From Thermoanaerobaculia bacterium (lineage in GTDB: Bacteria > Acidobacteriota > Thermoanaerobaculia > Multivoradales > JAGPDF01): a stretch of 56,566 nt of DNA. Within the stretch, counting starts at the first letter, position 1. Each line of letters starts with the position of its first letter. The notes under the pieces are model-generated. The model was not told the origin of the DNA. It saw only the letters and a list, made by a program, of their open reading frames with translations, and ran no database searches. A program made the position numbers and the translations under genes. Positions 1 through 8,994 of this stretch are shown here, piece by piece. The stretch covers positions 1-56,566 of the forward strand of contig JAIOJQ010000385.1 in the NCBI GenBank assembly GCA_019911865.1, read 5' to 3'.

Positions 1-250
1 TGTAGACGTCGAGAATCGCGCCGACGTCGCTGGGGTCCTCGTCGGCGAGCTCCAGGATGTCCCAGGTATCCGTCGCGGTCGAGGTGTAGGGGAAGCGCTG
101 GTGGTCTTCGATCACCGGATGAAGCGTTGCCTTGATCTGAACGGCTGAGGAGGCATCGACGTCGTCGTAGTAGCCGGGCGGCGGCTGGGCCGCGGCCGCG
201 CTGGCCGCGAGCAGGAGCAGGCCTGCCCCTAGAACGTTCGAAGGTCGCAT
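1..250 (-). CDS. Endonuclease I-family secreted nuclease, N-terminal fragment (CDS continues past left edge)
   Basis: Absent from the ORF track because there is no stop in the window. Reverse translation from ATG 250..248 gives MRPSNVLGAGLLLLAASAAAAQPPPGYYDDVDASSAVQIKATLHPVIEDHQRFPYTSTATDTWDILELADEDPSDVGAILDVY. This is a signal peptide followed by the YY..LK..LH..I..H..Y...W..L...DEDP pattern I associate with EndA/Vvn-type endonuclease I. Confidence 0.55.
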   Translation of the reverse strand, partial: MRPSNVLGAGLLLLAASAAAAQPPPGYYDDVDASSAVQIKATLHPVIEDHQRFPYTSTATDTWDILELADEDPSDVGAILDVY

Positions 251-610
251 CGGCGGTGAACTCTGGTCGTGGAGTCTATCGCCCGGCTCTGCCGAGGCCA
301 CCTGAACGCCCAAGAGAGCTCGCGGGGTTACATGTCGACTGGCCTCGGGATCTCCTTGGGACTCCGGTAACTCCATTGGCTCAAGAAATCGCGATCGGGC
401 TCAGTCAGGGAGGAAAACCAAGAACTGCCAGAGCTTTCCGGGAAGGAACGAAGGGGCCTCCAGGGGGGGCGCGCGCTGGGAACCAAAGAGCGACGCACTC
501 AGGCCGGCCGGAATCCTGGCGACCTAGGGACGAGATAGCAGGACAGGAGGCCTTCGGTTACGGACGTGAACGGCTGAGGCGTCGAAGAGGACGCGCGCCG
601 ACGCCGGTAC

Positions 611-883
611 TCAAACAAAACTTCTCACGAAACCAACAACCGCCGCGACGCCGCCCGCGAACAAGAATGCGGCGAGCACACAGCAACCCATCTCTCGACC
701 AAGTTTGCGCTGTCTCCCGGAGCGAGAGAGTGGAACTCCAAGCTCGCGAGACAGTTTTCCCTTGGCGCTGGATAATCCAGAGGCGCGTTTCCAGGAGAAC
801 GATAGACCGGGTATGCCCTTCTTGCGTCCCACGATGCACCCCCGAGTTAGCCTAGCCAGTAGAGCGTCCCAGGAAGAACCCAA
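611..883 (-). CDS. Hypothetical small membrane-anchored protein
   Basis: 90-codon ORF in a locally AT-richer patch. G/S/K/R-rich repeats (GIPGLSFSWKRASGLSSAKGKLSRELGVPLSRSG) are followed by a C-terminal hydrophobic anchor, MGCCVLAAFLFAGGVAAVVGFV. Same strand as its neighbours. Weak call. Confidence 0.3.
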   Translation of the reverse strand: MGSSWDALLARLTRGCIVGRKKGIPGLSFSWKRASGLSSAKGKLSRELGVPLSRSGRQRKLGREMGCCVLAAFLFAGGVAAVVGFVRSFV

Positions 884-990
884 AAGCGGCCTATCCCTTC
901 AGAGGTTGTTTGTTGACTTCGCCAAGGCGTGGCAAACCCGCGGAGACCCTTGCTCGAAAAAGTCGATGTTGGAAAGAGATTTGCACCCGC

Positions 991-1788
991 CTAGCGGAGG
1001 CGCTTCCTTCGCCGCAGCCGAGATCGCACGGCGTCAATCGATAGCGGCGGATTCGTAAGGTGGATCACAGCGTGGCAATTGGGACACACCGGTCGGAGGT
1101 CCTGCACAGGATCGACCTCGCGCTGCCCATGCGCCGCTCCGAGCGGCTTCAGGTGATGTACAACGACAAGGCGGGCGGCGTCTTCTCCATAGACACGCTC
1201 GAAGGTCATTCCGCAGCAGAGGCACTGGGAACCGTAGTGATGCAGGCAAGCAGCGCGGGCCCTGGGATTGCGCTCTGGCTTCGTCAGGCGGACTTCCTTG
1301 AGACGGCCTTCATAGAACGACTCTATTGAGCCGTCCGTTGGCTTGCTCCCGACGCTAGGCACTCGCCTTGCCCACTCCCGTTCGAGAGCTGTCGCAATGT
1401 CCGGGGCTATGGCGATTCCGGACCTCTGCGGCGACCAGTGCCCTCGGGAGAGTTTTCCAGAGCGCAGAACGGACCACGGAACTACAGGTTCCAAGGAGAG
1501 GTATTCCAAGTCCAGGTCGACGTACCACGAGCGCTTGCCTTCCCGCGCGAGGTCGGGATCCCAATGCTCTTCTTCACGAGGAGACGAGGTGATCCAGCCC
1601 ACCGCCACGATCCCCTTCGGTACTTCCACGAGACGGATCAGGAAGGCACGATCGCCGGGTTGCACTCTCTTGCGGTTGCCAACGCTCCATGAGAAGCCAG
1701 GTTTGCGATTACGGCGGGCCGCCCTGAGTTCGTCGAGGAGCGATCCCGGATATCGGCTCGGGTTCCAAGCTAGCAGGATGGTTGCCAT
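991..1788 (-). CDS. EVE/PUA-like domain fused to HNH endonuclease
   Basis: ORF 991..1965 trimmed to ATG 1788 (MATILLAWNPSRY...). The N-terminal ~150 aa follows an EVE/PUA-like pattern (WSVGNRKRVQPGDRAFLIRL..PKGIVAVGWITS...WYVDLDLEYL). The C-terminus has an HNH/zinc motif: CLCCG...VVHHLKPL...DLRPVCPNCHAVIH. Confidence 0.8.
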   Translation of the reverse strand: MATILLAWNPSRYPGSLLDELRAARRNRKPGFSWSVGNRKRVQPGDRAFLIRLVEVPKGIVAVGWITSSPREEEHWDPDLAREGKRSWYVDLDLEYLSLEPVVPWSVLRSGKLSRGHWSPQRSGIAIAPDIATALEREWARRVPSVGSKPTDGSIESFYEGRLKEVRLTKPERNPRARAACLHHYGSQCLCCGMTFERVYGEDAARLVVVHHLKPLGAAHGQREVDPVQDLRPVCPNCHAVIHLTNPPLSIDAVRSRLRRRKRLR

Positions 1789-1916
1789 GTTGACTCCGCC
1801 TGCACCGGGTGCGGGCCTGCCAGTCCAGCGGTTCGTCCGGTCAAGAGAGCCCGCGGCGAACTGATTGCAGGAAGGACGCAGCTTCCAGCTTGCAGCCGTC
1901 TCGTCACGCGGCCACC

Positions 1917-2297
1917 CTAGCTCTCGTCCCACGCTTCGAGCACCAGCCACTCGCTGGGGCTGCAAGCCGCGATCTCATCCGGGTACTTCGTGGTTTCTCC
2001 CAGCCAGTTGGGAAGCAGAACGTCGCCAGAGTCGAAGCTCCAGTGTTTCTTCGCCTCGGGAGGAGTGCCGTGAACGAAGGGAAGCAGGTGCTCTGCAAGA
2101 GCGGTGAACTTCAGCGGATAGCCATTCCCGCCAAGGTCGAGAGCCTTTCCCTGTTTCACAAGTTCACGAACCCAATCGAGCCCGCCCCAGCCCGTCTGCC
2201 AGACGGCCAGCGGGCTCCCGAGCGGCGAGTCAAACTCCGCGGCCACGCCGCGCCGACTCTCCTGTCGGAAAACGCTGATGTGCCATCCGATAGGCAT
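1917..2297 (-). CDS. Hypothetical protein (possible immunity-type small protein)
   Basis: 126-aa ORF with protein-like composition, on the same strand between the HNH gene and the YegP gene. No family recognised; SUKH/SMI1-like is only a guess. Confidence 0.55.
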   Translation of the reverse strand: MPIGWHISVFRQESRRGVAAEFDSPLGSPLAVWQTGWGGLDWVRELVKQGKALDLGGNGYPLKFTALAEHLLPFVHGTPPEAKKHWSFDSGDVLLPNWLGETTKYPDEIAACSPSEWLVLEAWDES

Positions 2298-2392
2298 CGG
2301 GGCGACCTCAGTTCCAGGGATGAGCGGCCTGCGACGAGCTATGCAACGGGAGCCAGGTCTCCGCAGCTACGTAGCCAGGAGACCTAGCCCGG

Positions 2393-2725
2393 CTAGATCT
2401 TGTCCTTCACCGTCGTCGTCGAACCGTTGCGCTTCACGGACTCGATGCCGGCGTCGCGCGAGCGCTCGGTCTCGTAGAGCTCGCTCGTGCCAATGACCTG
2501 CCCGTTCGTAGCCTTGAGATTGAAATGAAACTTGCCGTTCGTTGCAGTCTTGCGTTCGTACAGCGCGTCGTTCGCACAGTTCGCCTGGACCGAGGCAATG
2601 CCGGCTTCCGCGGAATCGCGGCGCTTGTAGAGCTCGCTCGCGAGAATCGTCTCGGCGTTGGCGGCCTTGAGGACAAAATGGTACTGGCCATCACTGCTCT
2701 TTGAAAGTTCGAACCAGCCGGACAT
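2393..2725 (-). CDS. yegP: YegP/DUF1508 family protein (two tandem repeats)
   Basis: ORF 2393..3151 trimmed to ATG 2725. MSGWFELSKSSDGQYHFVLKAANAETILASELY...ATNGKFHFNLKATNGQVIGTSELYETERSRDAGIESV shows two DUF1508 repeats. The upstream 140 codons are Arg/Pro-rich shadow. Confidence 0.85.
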   Translation of the reverse strand: MSGWFELSKSSDGQYHFVLKAANAETILASELYKRRDSAEAGIASVQANCANDALYERKTATNGKFHFNLKATNGQVIGTSELYETERSRDAGIESVKRNGSTTTVKDKI

Positions 2726-2782
2726 GGGACAGCCTCCTTCCGCTGGGCGAGGGCCGAGAGGGCCAACGCAGATTCTGGGGCC

Positions 2783-3030
2783 GAGCGTACGCCTAGCGAA
2801 CCGCGCTGGCAAGGAATGGCTCTGCTGGCGGGGCGTGGTGGCTAACGACCGACCGGCTGCAGAAGCTGCGTGCGAGTCGCACGCTTTCAGCAGGCCAGGG
2901 CGCGAGGTGAATCTCGCCACAACCGCTGCTCGACTCGAGCCTTGGCTAACAGCGGAGCGAGGCCGACGGATCGCCTGACCGGGTCTGCCGCTGGGCGGAG
3001 TCTGTCGCGCTCGGCGACCCATCGATTGCC
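2783..3030 (+). repeat. Copy A of a ~250-nt intergenic repeat
   Basis: Shares identical blocks with 5894..6175: cgcgctggcaaggaatggctctgc (2802..2825 and 5913..5936), gtcgcacgctttcagc (2876..2891 and 5988..6003) and cgcctgaccgggtctgccgct (2972..2992 and 6118..6138). The segments between the blocks are variable. Confidence 0.75.
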
Positions 3031-3538
3031 GATGGCCGGTCCAACTCTCGAACTCCCGGGAGGACGCCGTCCCGTGATTGAGCGACCGGTGCTCTCTGCG
3101 AAGCCTCCGTTCCCAGCCCGACCCCTCTGGAGCTTCATTGAGAGACCGCAATCACGACGGAAGATCAGAACCGGTCCAGAAGTCCCAAAGCTCCGCCTAA
3201 ACGTCTCGGCGTTTTCGTCGCTACCTCGAACTGGATCCCGGCTCGATCACCCGTCCGGCAACCCAGAGGTCGCCTCCGAGAGAGAGCAGTCTCCAGCCCG
3301 CCAGGTTCAAGTCATTGGCGGTCGACCAGCGGACTTCTCTGCGGAGATCGTCTCGACAGGACTAGAACTACCGGAACCACTCGACTTCCCGCACCGGACT
3401 CACCTGATACCTCATGGCTGAGCTCCTTCGGATCCGGGCGCCGGCTGCTGATCGGCTGGCACCTTTACGGTTGCTCGAGGTGCGATCCAACCTCCGGCGG
3501 CCACTTCGGGGCGTTGAGCGCGATAGAGTGAACCCGTC

Positions 3539-3760
3539 ATGGGCAAGCTGCTGATCGATTGGAACCCGCACCTCCGCACCCTCGCGGATCGAAAGCAGCA
3601 GGTCTTCGAGACGGTCTCGACCTCCTCGGCCATCGAGGGCGTTCGGATCGGGGCCCGGAAGTCGACGAAGGCCGCTGAGAAGGCAGCCCGGCTCACCGAC
3701 GAGAAGCTCTCCGTTGGTGCTTCACCGTCTACTCGATCACCGAAGCGAAAGGCTCGCTGA
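3539..3760 (+). CDS. Small hypothetical protein with a Fic-inhibitor-like S-x-x-x-E-G motif
   Basis: 73-aa ORF with ATG 3539. Third-position GC is high for about 60 codons and then poor, so the C-terminus is uncertain. ...VFETVSTSSAIEGVRIG contains [S/T]xxxE[G/N], as in VbhA-type antitoxins. No Fic gene is nearby. Confidence 0.45.
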   Translation: MGKLLIDWNPHLRTLADRKQQVFETVSTSSAIEGVRIGARKSTKAAEKAARLTDEKLSVGASPSTRSPKRKAR

Positions 3761-4050
3761 GCGGCTCGTAGTCCGCGGATCCGGGAGCTTGATCAGCGGC
3801 TTCGAATGGCCCCTGCCCTGGCGGCCTTATAGGCGCGGCCGCGGACCCAGGAAGAGATCTTCGCCGGCGGCAGCGCCAGGTAACGGGCCGCTTCCGAGAT
3901 CGCGTAGGTGCCGGTGTTGCGAAGGTCGGTCGAGATGGGCCTGTCTTCCGGGCGGAGAATCGAGGAGGCAGTCGGCGGCCCTGAGGCGTCCTCTCGAGCC
4001 GCCCTGGGCGTCCCGCCGGCCCGACCGAGGCTGGATAGGATCGAGCCAGA

Positions 4051-4599
4051 GTGAGCGCACTTCGCTGCACCGCCAGATTGCGGCGCCGGCTCGGGCTCGG
4101 AGAGCTTCCCGAACCCCGGCCCGGCGGTGCCACGCTCGGGGACTGGTACGCGCACCTGCTGACCGTCGATCGGCAGCCGCTAGTGCTGGCGGTGAGCGAG
4201 CGGTCGCTGCTCGCGGTCGTGTTGCCGGCTCGGGATCTCAAGAATCTGCGGAGGCACTTTCTGCGGGCGGTGCGCGGGAGGCTCGAGAGAGTCGGAGTGG
4301 GCGAGGCGGCGGTCGAGGCCGAGGTGGCTCGTCTCCAACCGCTCGCGTACGGGGTCACGCGGAGCCGAAGCGTCCTCGGGTCGATCAACGACTTCGTCTT
4401 TCAGCTGAAGGCGCGGGCCGCTCATCCGCTCGGCCGGGACTGGACGCCGCAGTCGTTCGAGGACGAGCTCGGCGAGATCCCCTGCTCGCCGCTCGGCTAC
4501 GAGCACCCGGCCGCCGTCGCGCGGCGGCTGCTTGCGGCGGAATCGCGCGTGCTTCGCGGGCCGTGGGGACCAACGGATTCGCCGCAGTCCACCGGCTGA
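4051..4599 (+). CDS. Conserved hypothetical protein
   Basis: 182-aa ORF with a GTG start: MSALRCTARL...TLGDWYAHLLTVDRQPLVLAVSERSLLAVVLPA...SRSVLGSINDFVFQL. Composition is protein-like. It resembles an uncharacterised family I recall as DUF6933-type (unverified). The overlapping 3714..4613 frame is Arg-rich shadow. Confidence 0.65.
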   Translation: MSALRCTARLRRRLGLGELPEPRPGGATLGDWYAHLLTVDRQPLVLAVSERSLLAVVLPARDLKNLRRHFLRAVRGRLERVGVGEAAVEAEVARLQPLAYGVTRSRSVLGSINDFVFQLKARAAHPLGRDWTPQSFEDELGEIPCSPLGYEHPAAVARRLLAAESRVLRGPWGPTDSPQSTG

Positions 4600-4667
4600 G
4601 CGCCAAAATATAGCTGGTTATGCGCGAAAGTAGATATAAACGGCAATAATTGGGTAAATTCCGCGCC

Positions 4668-5885
4668 ATGGACCCGATCCTCAACCCCTACTCCCCGGGC
4701 GCCGGCTCGCCACCGCCCGAGCTGGTCGGGCGCGACCCGGTGCTCGAACAGGCGCGCATCCTTCTGGGTCGGGTGCGCCTCGGACGACCCGAAAAGAGCC
4801 TTCTGCTCACCGGCCTCCGGGGCGTCGGCAAGACCGTGCTCCTCAACGAGATCCGGCGGACCGCGGAAGGGCAGGGTTACCGGACCGTCGCGATCGAAGC
4901 GCTCGAATCCAAGCCGCTCGCCGAACTGCTGATCCCTTACCTCAAGCAGCTCCTGTTCGACCTTGACCGGATGGCCGGAGCGGGAGCGAAGGTCAGGAAG
5001 GGCCTCGGCGTCCTCAGGAGCTTCATCGGGTCCATCCGCGTCACCGTCAGCGACGTCACCTTCGGGCTGGACATCGATCCGGAGCCCGGAGCGGCCGACA
5101 GCGGCGACCTCGAAATCGACCTGCCCAAGCTCTTCGTCGCCATCGCCGAGGCCGCCAAGGACAAGGGCACCGCGGTCGCTCTCTTCATCGACCAAGTGCA
5201 GTACTTCAGCCACAAAGAGCTCGGAGCCCTGGTCGTCTCCCTCCACCGCATCCAGCAGGAACAGTTGCCGTTGGTCTTCGTCGGTGCGGGCCTGCCGATT
5301 CTCCCGGGCATGGCCGGAGAGGCCAAGTCTTACGCCGAGCGGCTCCTGAGCTTCCCGGATATCGGGGCGCTGTCCGCAGCGGATGCGGCGAAAGCGCTCG
5401 AAGCGCCGGCGGCGGCGGCCGGGGTGACCTACGAGCGCAAAGCGATCGCCGAGATCTACCGGCTCACCCAGGGATATCCGTACTTCCTCCAGGAGTGGGG
5501 GTATCAGGCCTGGAACCTCGCGCCGGCGTCCCCAATCTCGCTCGAGATCGTCGAGCGGGCGACGCCGGTCGTGCTCCAGCGCCTCGACGCGAACTTCTTC
5601 AGGGTGCGCTTCGACCGCCTCACACCGAGCGAGAAGAGTTACCTGCGGGCCATGGCCGAGCTCGGCTCGGGCCCGTACCGCACGGGCGAGATCGCCGAGG
5701 TACTCGGCGTCAAGGTGACGAGCCTCGGGCCGGTGCGCGCGAAACTGATCCGCAAGGGAATGGTCTACAGCCCGGCCCATGGTGAGATGGCGTTCACGGT
5801 GCCGCTGTTCGACGAGTTCATGCGGCGCGCGATGCCGGATCGGGTCCAGCGACGTGGAGAACAGCGAGGCGGAAAGGCGAAGTGA
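4668..5885 (+). CDS. AAA_16/ORC-Cdc6-like ATPase with C-terminal winged-helix-like region
   Basis: ORF 4650..5885 trimmed to ATG 4668. LNPYSPGAGSPPPELVGRD...SLLLTGLRGVGKTVLLNEI is a Walker A motif and ALFIDQVQY is Walker B-like. A 60-nt AT-rich island (4601..4660) lies upstream. Confidence 0.85.
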   Translation: MDPILNPYSPGAGSPPPELVGRDPVLEQARILLGRVRLGRPEKSLLLTGLRGVGKTVLLNEIRRTAEGQGYRTVAIEALESKPLAELLIPYLKQLLFDLDRMAGAGAKVRKGLGVLRSFIGSIRVTVSDVTFGLDIDPEPGAADSGDLEIDLPKLFVAIAEAAKDKGTAVALFIDQVQYFSHKELGALVVSLHRIQQEQLPLVFVGAGLPILPGMAGEAKSYAERLLSFPDIGALSAADAAKALEAPAAAAGVTYERKAIAEIYRLTQGYPYFLQEWGYQAWNLAPASPISLEIVERATPVVLQRLDANFFRVRFDRLTPSEKSYLRAMAELGSGPYRTGEIAEVLGVKVTSLGPVRAKLIRKGMVYSPAHGEMAFTVPLFDEFMRRAMPDRVQRRGEQRGGKAK

Positions 5886-5893
5886 GCTTCGAA

Positions 5894-6175
5894 CAGCGTA
5901 CGCCGCCGGAGACGCGCTGGCAAGGAATGGCTCTGCGGGCGGGGCTACGGTGGGTAGCGAGCGGCTGGAGTCAGCAGTAGCTTGCGGGTCGCACGCTTTC
6001 AGCGGGCTAGGGCGCGACCTCGGGATTCATGTCCGGATCGCGCGGCGCGAGGTGAAGCTCGTCACGACCCCCACTCGTATCAAGCTTTGGCCCGAAGCGG
6101 AGCGAGCCCGACGGAGCGCCTGACCGGGTCTGCCGCTCGGCGGAGTCGGCCGCGCGCGGCGATCCATCGACCCGC
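5894..6175 (+). repeat. Copy B of the ~250-nt intergenic repeat (has an extra ~33-nt hairpin insert)
   Basis: Collinear with 2783..3030 and in the same orientation. It carries an extra segment at about 6018..6049 (cctcgggattcatgtccggatcgcgcggcgcg) flanked by gcgcga/tcgcgc inverted arms. Confidence 0.75.
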
Positions 6176-6255
6176 CGACCGCGAACGGATGTCTCACTTG
6201 AGCGGAGGGCCTCTACCGGAGTTGATGGATACTTGGATCCTCGCGATGGGGAGGA

Positions 6256-7116
6256 TTGGCTGATGGTGCAAGCTCTCGCTGCAGACTGAGAGGACAGGGT
6301 TGGGCCGTGGCCAGAGATGACTATGCGTTCGGAGAGGCGGGGGCCGCGGTGGAGGAGCAGGTCCGCGATCAACTGCAGAAAGAAGTGCGACTATTCGAGC
6401 GCGCTGTGGATCTAGCGAAGGCTGCAATCGGGTCAGCCGCGCTCGCAGAGGCAGATCGACAGAGGGTGATAGCGACGGGTCTTCTGGGGAGACTGCTTCG
6501 TCTTTCCGAGGCGGGTGTCCTGCTGACGCTGCGAGGTCTGGAGCACGACGCAGCGATTCTCATTCGCGCGGCGGTCGAGCTCTACGTGAAGCTCCGGCAC
6601 TGCGCTCTCGATCCGGACTTCCATCGTCGGTATGTCGACGCTGATCTCTACCGTAGGCGGAAGCTGGCCAATGGTTCGCTCTCTCTACCCGATTTGCCGA
6701 AAGTCCGGAAGACGAGCCTCGAAGAGGCGAAGCGGGAGCTCCAGGCGGAGATCGACGGGCGGGGAGCCAAGGAGCTTCCAGGAATCGAGCAGCTCTGCAC
6801 GGATGCAGGGTGCGCAAGGGACTACCAGTCCGTCTTCCGCATTACGAGCGCAGCGGTCCACACGGCGCCGAGAGTCCTGAATGACTTGGTTGAGATGAAG
6901 GACGGAAGGCTGGTCGGCTTCGATTTCGGTCCGAGGGCGGCCAAGGCGAACAGCTACATCCTGACTCTTGCCGAATACCTTCTGAGGGCCACACGGGACT
7001 TCCAGAACCTGATGGGCTCGAAAGCGCCCTCTGAGGAGTTCCAACAAATGTGGATCGAACAGCAGGAGGCATGCGCAGGACTGGCTCAGGCGGGAGAGGC
7101 CGAGGAAGAGGTCTGA
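6256..7116 (+). CDS. Hypothetical protein, DUF5677-like
   Basis: 286-codon ORF. The TTG start at 6256 is uncertain; GTG near 6307 is possible. ...LLGRLLRLSEAGVLLTLRGLEHDAAILIRAAVELYVKLRH... resembles the helical DUF5677 pattern (from memory). Confidence 0.6.
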   Translation: MADGASSRCRLRGQGWAVARDDYAFGEAGAAVEEQVRDQLQKEVRLFERAVDLAKAAIGSAALAEADRQRVIATGLLGRLLRLSEAGVLLTLRGLEHDAAILIRAAVELYVKLRHCALDPDFHRRYVDADLYRRRKLANGSLSLPDLPKVRKTSLEEAKRELQAEIDGRGAKELPGIEQLCTDAGCARDYQSVFRITSAAVHTAPRVLNDLVEMKDGRLVGFDFGPRAAKANSYILTLAEYLLRATRDFQNLMGSKAPSEEFQQMWIEQQEACAGLAQAGEAEEEV

Positions 7117-7179
7117 CGAGTTCCTAGAGCCTCAATTTGCTTGGCTACTGGGGCGAAGTGCTCCGGCCATGCGTCTGCG

Positions 7180-8367
7180 CTATCTCCCGGGCATCGTAAA
7201 CTCGACAACGAACATCTCGCCGCCAAACGGAACCCGCAGTTGAACCTTGTCTCCGCGAGCTCGGGAGAGGTGCACGATGCCGCCGTAGAAAGTTCCGGGA
7301 TTCAGCGTGTGTCTTCGTGCGAGCGATGAAGCCATGGCTTGGTAGGACGCCTTGTGCTGCTCTTCGATTGCTCGGGCCTGAGCAAATCTCCGATCGAACG
7401 CGGCATTGCGCTCTGCGGGGGACGGCCAATTCGTGATGACTCCCGATCTGCTGGTCGTTCCCGAGTAGCTTCCCGTCACCGAAGTGCCCAGAGGAGAACG
7501 GCTGCGCGCCGAGAAGTCGCCTGAATGTGTTGTCGCTTCCCGGTAGCTGGTAGTCGTCGGCTGTGTGTCGGCATACGCGGCCATTCCCGCCGCGATTCCA
7601 TTGAGCGCCTCTGACCATGCCTGTTTCGTGCGGATCTTCTTCTCGTACTCCTCCGGGCCGAAGACTCGAAGAGGGACAGCAGCAATGCGCTCTCTTTCCC
7701 GCTTGAAGCAGGTTGCCGCGATGGTTGACGGATCAAAGGTAATCGAACGGCCTGTTCCGTTCGCCAGATACACAAACGCCTGAGTATCTCGACCAGCGGT
7801 GAAGGATACCCGCAACTGGAGATCACCGTCCTCGGCAGTTCCGATGACGAATGACGTACCTTCGATCCACCGCGCTTCGTAGGATATGGCCGCTGCACGA
7901 CGTTCCGGTCTATAGGGAACCGCATTCGCCTGCAGCTCCGCATCGCTTTCTAAGCGAAGGTCCTCGGTGGCTCGAACCGCGGGTTTGATCCTCCTGTCGG
8001 AGCTTTGACCCCGCGCCAACGACCCATCCTTCACCAGCTGATTGCCCAACGCGACAATTCGGCAGTCAGCCGTGACTACATACTGCAGCCGAGACTTCGC
8101 GCACTCCTCGAGCGCATGCACCGAAGCCTCTTCGTCATCGGCGGCGCCCCAGTAATACCCGGCAGCCCAGGTCCCGGATTCATCCACTGCCACCGCGAAA
8201 GCCTTATGAGGTCCGGGCTTCCCTAAGTACTTCTTGAACTCCGCCTCATACGGTGGTTTCGCGAGGAGTGTTGTAGACGTCGCGAAAACCACGCTGATTA
8301 CGATGGCAAGCAACCCACGTCGTGCGACCCCGACCCCCTGCCTTTTCTCGAGTGTCTTCGCTGCCAT
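7180..8367 (-). CDS. Membrane-anchored/secreted protein with DUF4189-like N-terminal module
   Basis: 395 aa. A TM/signal segment (LLAIVISVVFATSTTLLA) is followed by HKAFAVAVDESGTWAAGYYWGAADDEEASVHALEECAKS...ADC. The C-terminal domain is unknown. GC is noticeably lower than in the flanks. Confidence 0.7.
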   Translation of the reverse strand: MAAKTLEKRQGVGVARRGLLAIVISVVFATSTTLLAKPPYEAEFKKYLGKPGPHKAFAVAVDESGTWAAGYYWGAADDEEASVHALEECAKSRLQYVVTADCRIVALGNQLVKDGSLARGQSSDRRIKPAVRATEDLRLESDAELQANAVPYRPERRAAAISYEARWIEGTSFVIGTAEDGDLQLRVSFTAGRDTQAFVYLANGTGRSITFDPSTIAATCFKRERERIAAVPLRVFGPEEYEKKIRTKQAWSEALNGIAAGMAAYADTQPTTTSYREATTHSGDFSARSRSPLGTSVTGSYSGTTSRSGVITNWPSPAERNAAFDRRFAQARAIEEQHKASYQAMASSLARRHTLNPGTFYGGIVHLSRARGDKVQLRVPFGGEMFVVEFTMPGR

Positions 8368-8484
8368 CTGTCTTACCTCACCTTCTTGAGCGTCTGCGGA
8401 GCAATGATGCCTTGACTTGCCCGGCGCTTCAAGTGGACTCGGTCGGTTGAGAGTTTCCTGATTCCGCTGCTGGCCGCCTGAGCT

Positions 8485-8943
8485 TCATCGGACATCACTC
8501 GATCGAGTTACTCCGTCATGACCTTCGTCCGGCCGTTCCAGGCCGGGAGCTGAACGTCGATTCCGCGGCAGTATGCGGCAGCGGGGTCGCACGATCGCCA
8601 TCTTCGACCGGCACGAGCGCCCAATGCGGACAAACGCGTTGTGGCGCATCCGGAATCCGGGGAGATGATGCCGAAACCACGACGGCGACGCGTATAGGTT
8701 CCAGTAAGCCTCTTCCTTCTTGACACCGGCGCGTCCGTTGCGCTCCATTCCCAGTGGCAGAGCCCGGGCTCCGTGTCGATCCGCCAAGTGATAGCAAGGA
8801 GTGTGAGGGACGCTGACATCGACGAGGAATTCGCCGATGCGGTGGCGATTGCCGATCGTGACGCCGCTCCCGAGCAGCCCCTCTGTTGACAGGTTCTTTC
8901 CGCATGGGGCGCCGCATTCCTCGGTGCCGATCTGTCCCGTCAA
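8485..8943 (-). pseudogene. MOSC-domain gene remnant (N-terminally truncated, probably frameshifted)
   Basis: GKNLSTEGLLGSGVTIGNRHRIGEFLVDVSVPHTPCYHLADRHG matches the MOSC core (GENl.t.G......iGdr..iG...l.v...r.PC..l). The sequence after ~ERNGRAGV becomes junk-like, and there is no room for the N-terminal half before the upstream gene. Confidence 0.35.
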
Positions 8944-8994
8944 CCACGCGAGGTGGTCGCGCGGGTAGGGAAGCCGTCCAGATGAGCTCCCGAT

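Noticed and set aside
2783-3030. Attempted to match the 250-nt repeat to known RNAs: c-di-GMP, guanidine, cobalamin, TPP, SRP, 6S and group II intron domain V.
   Set aside because: None of the consensus cores I remember fits. The local gcgtgc-gagtc-gcacgc hairpin is not conserved with compensatory changes in copy B.
3793-4155. Minus-strand ORF ending …TGTYAISEAARYLALPPAKISSWVRGRAY, resembling the N-terminal HTH of DUF433/VapB45-like antitoxins.
   Set aside because: It terminates about 10 codons after the HTH, its N-terminal 80 aa are junk-like, and it overlaps the better-supported plus-strand gene at 4051. It is probably a decayed fragment. It is not annotated as a functional CDS.
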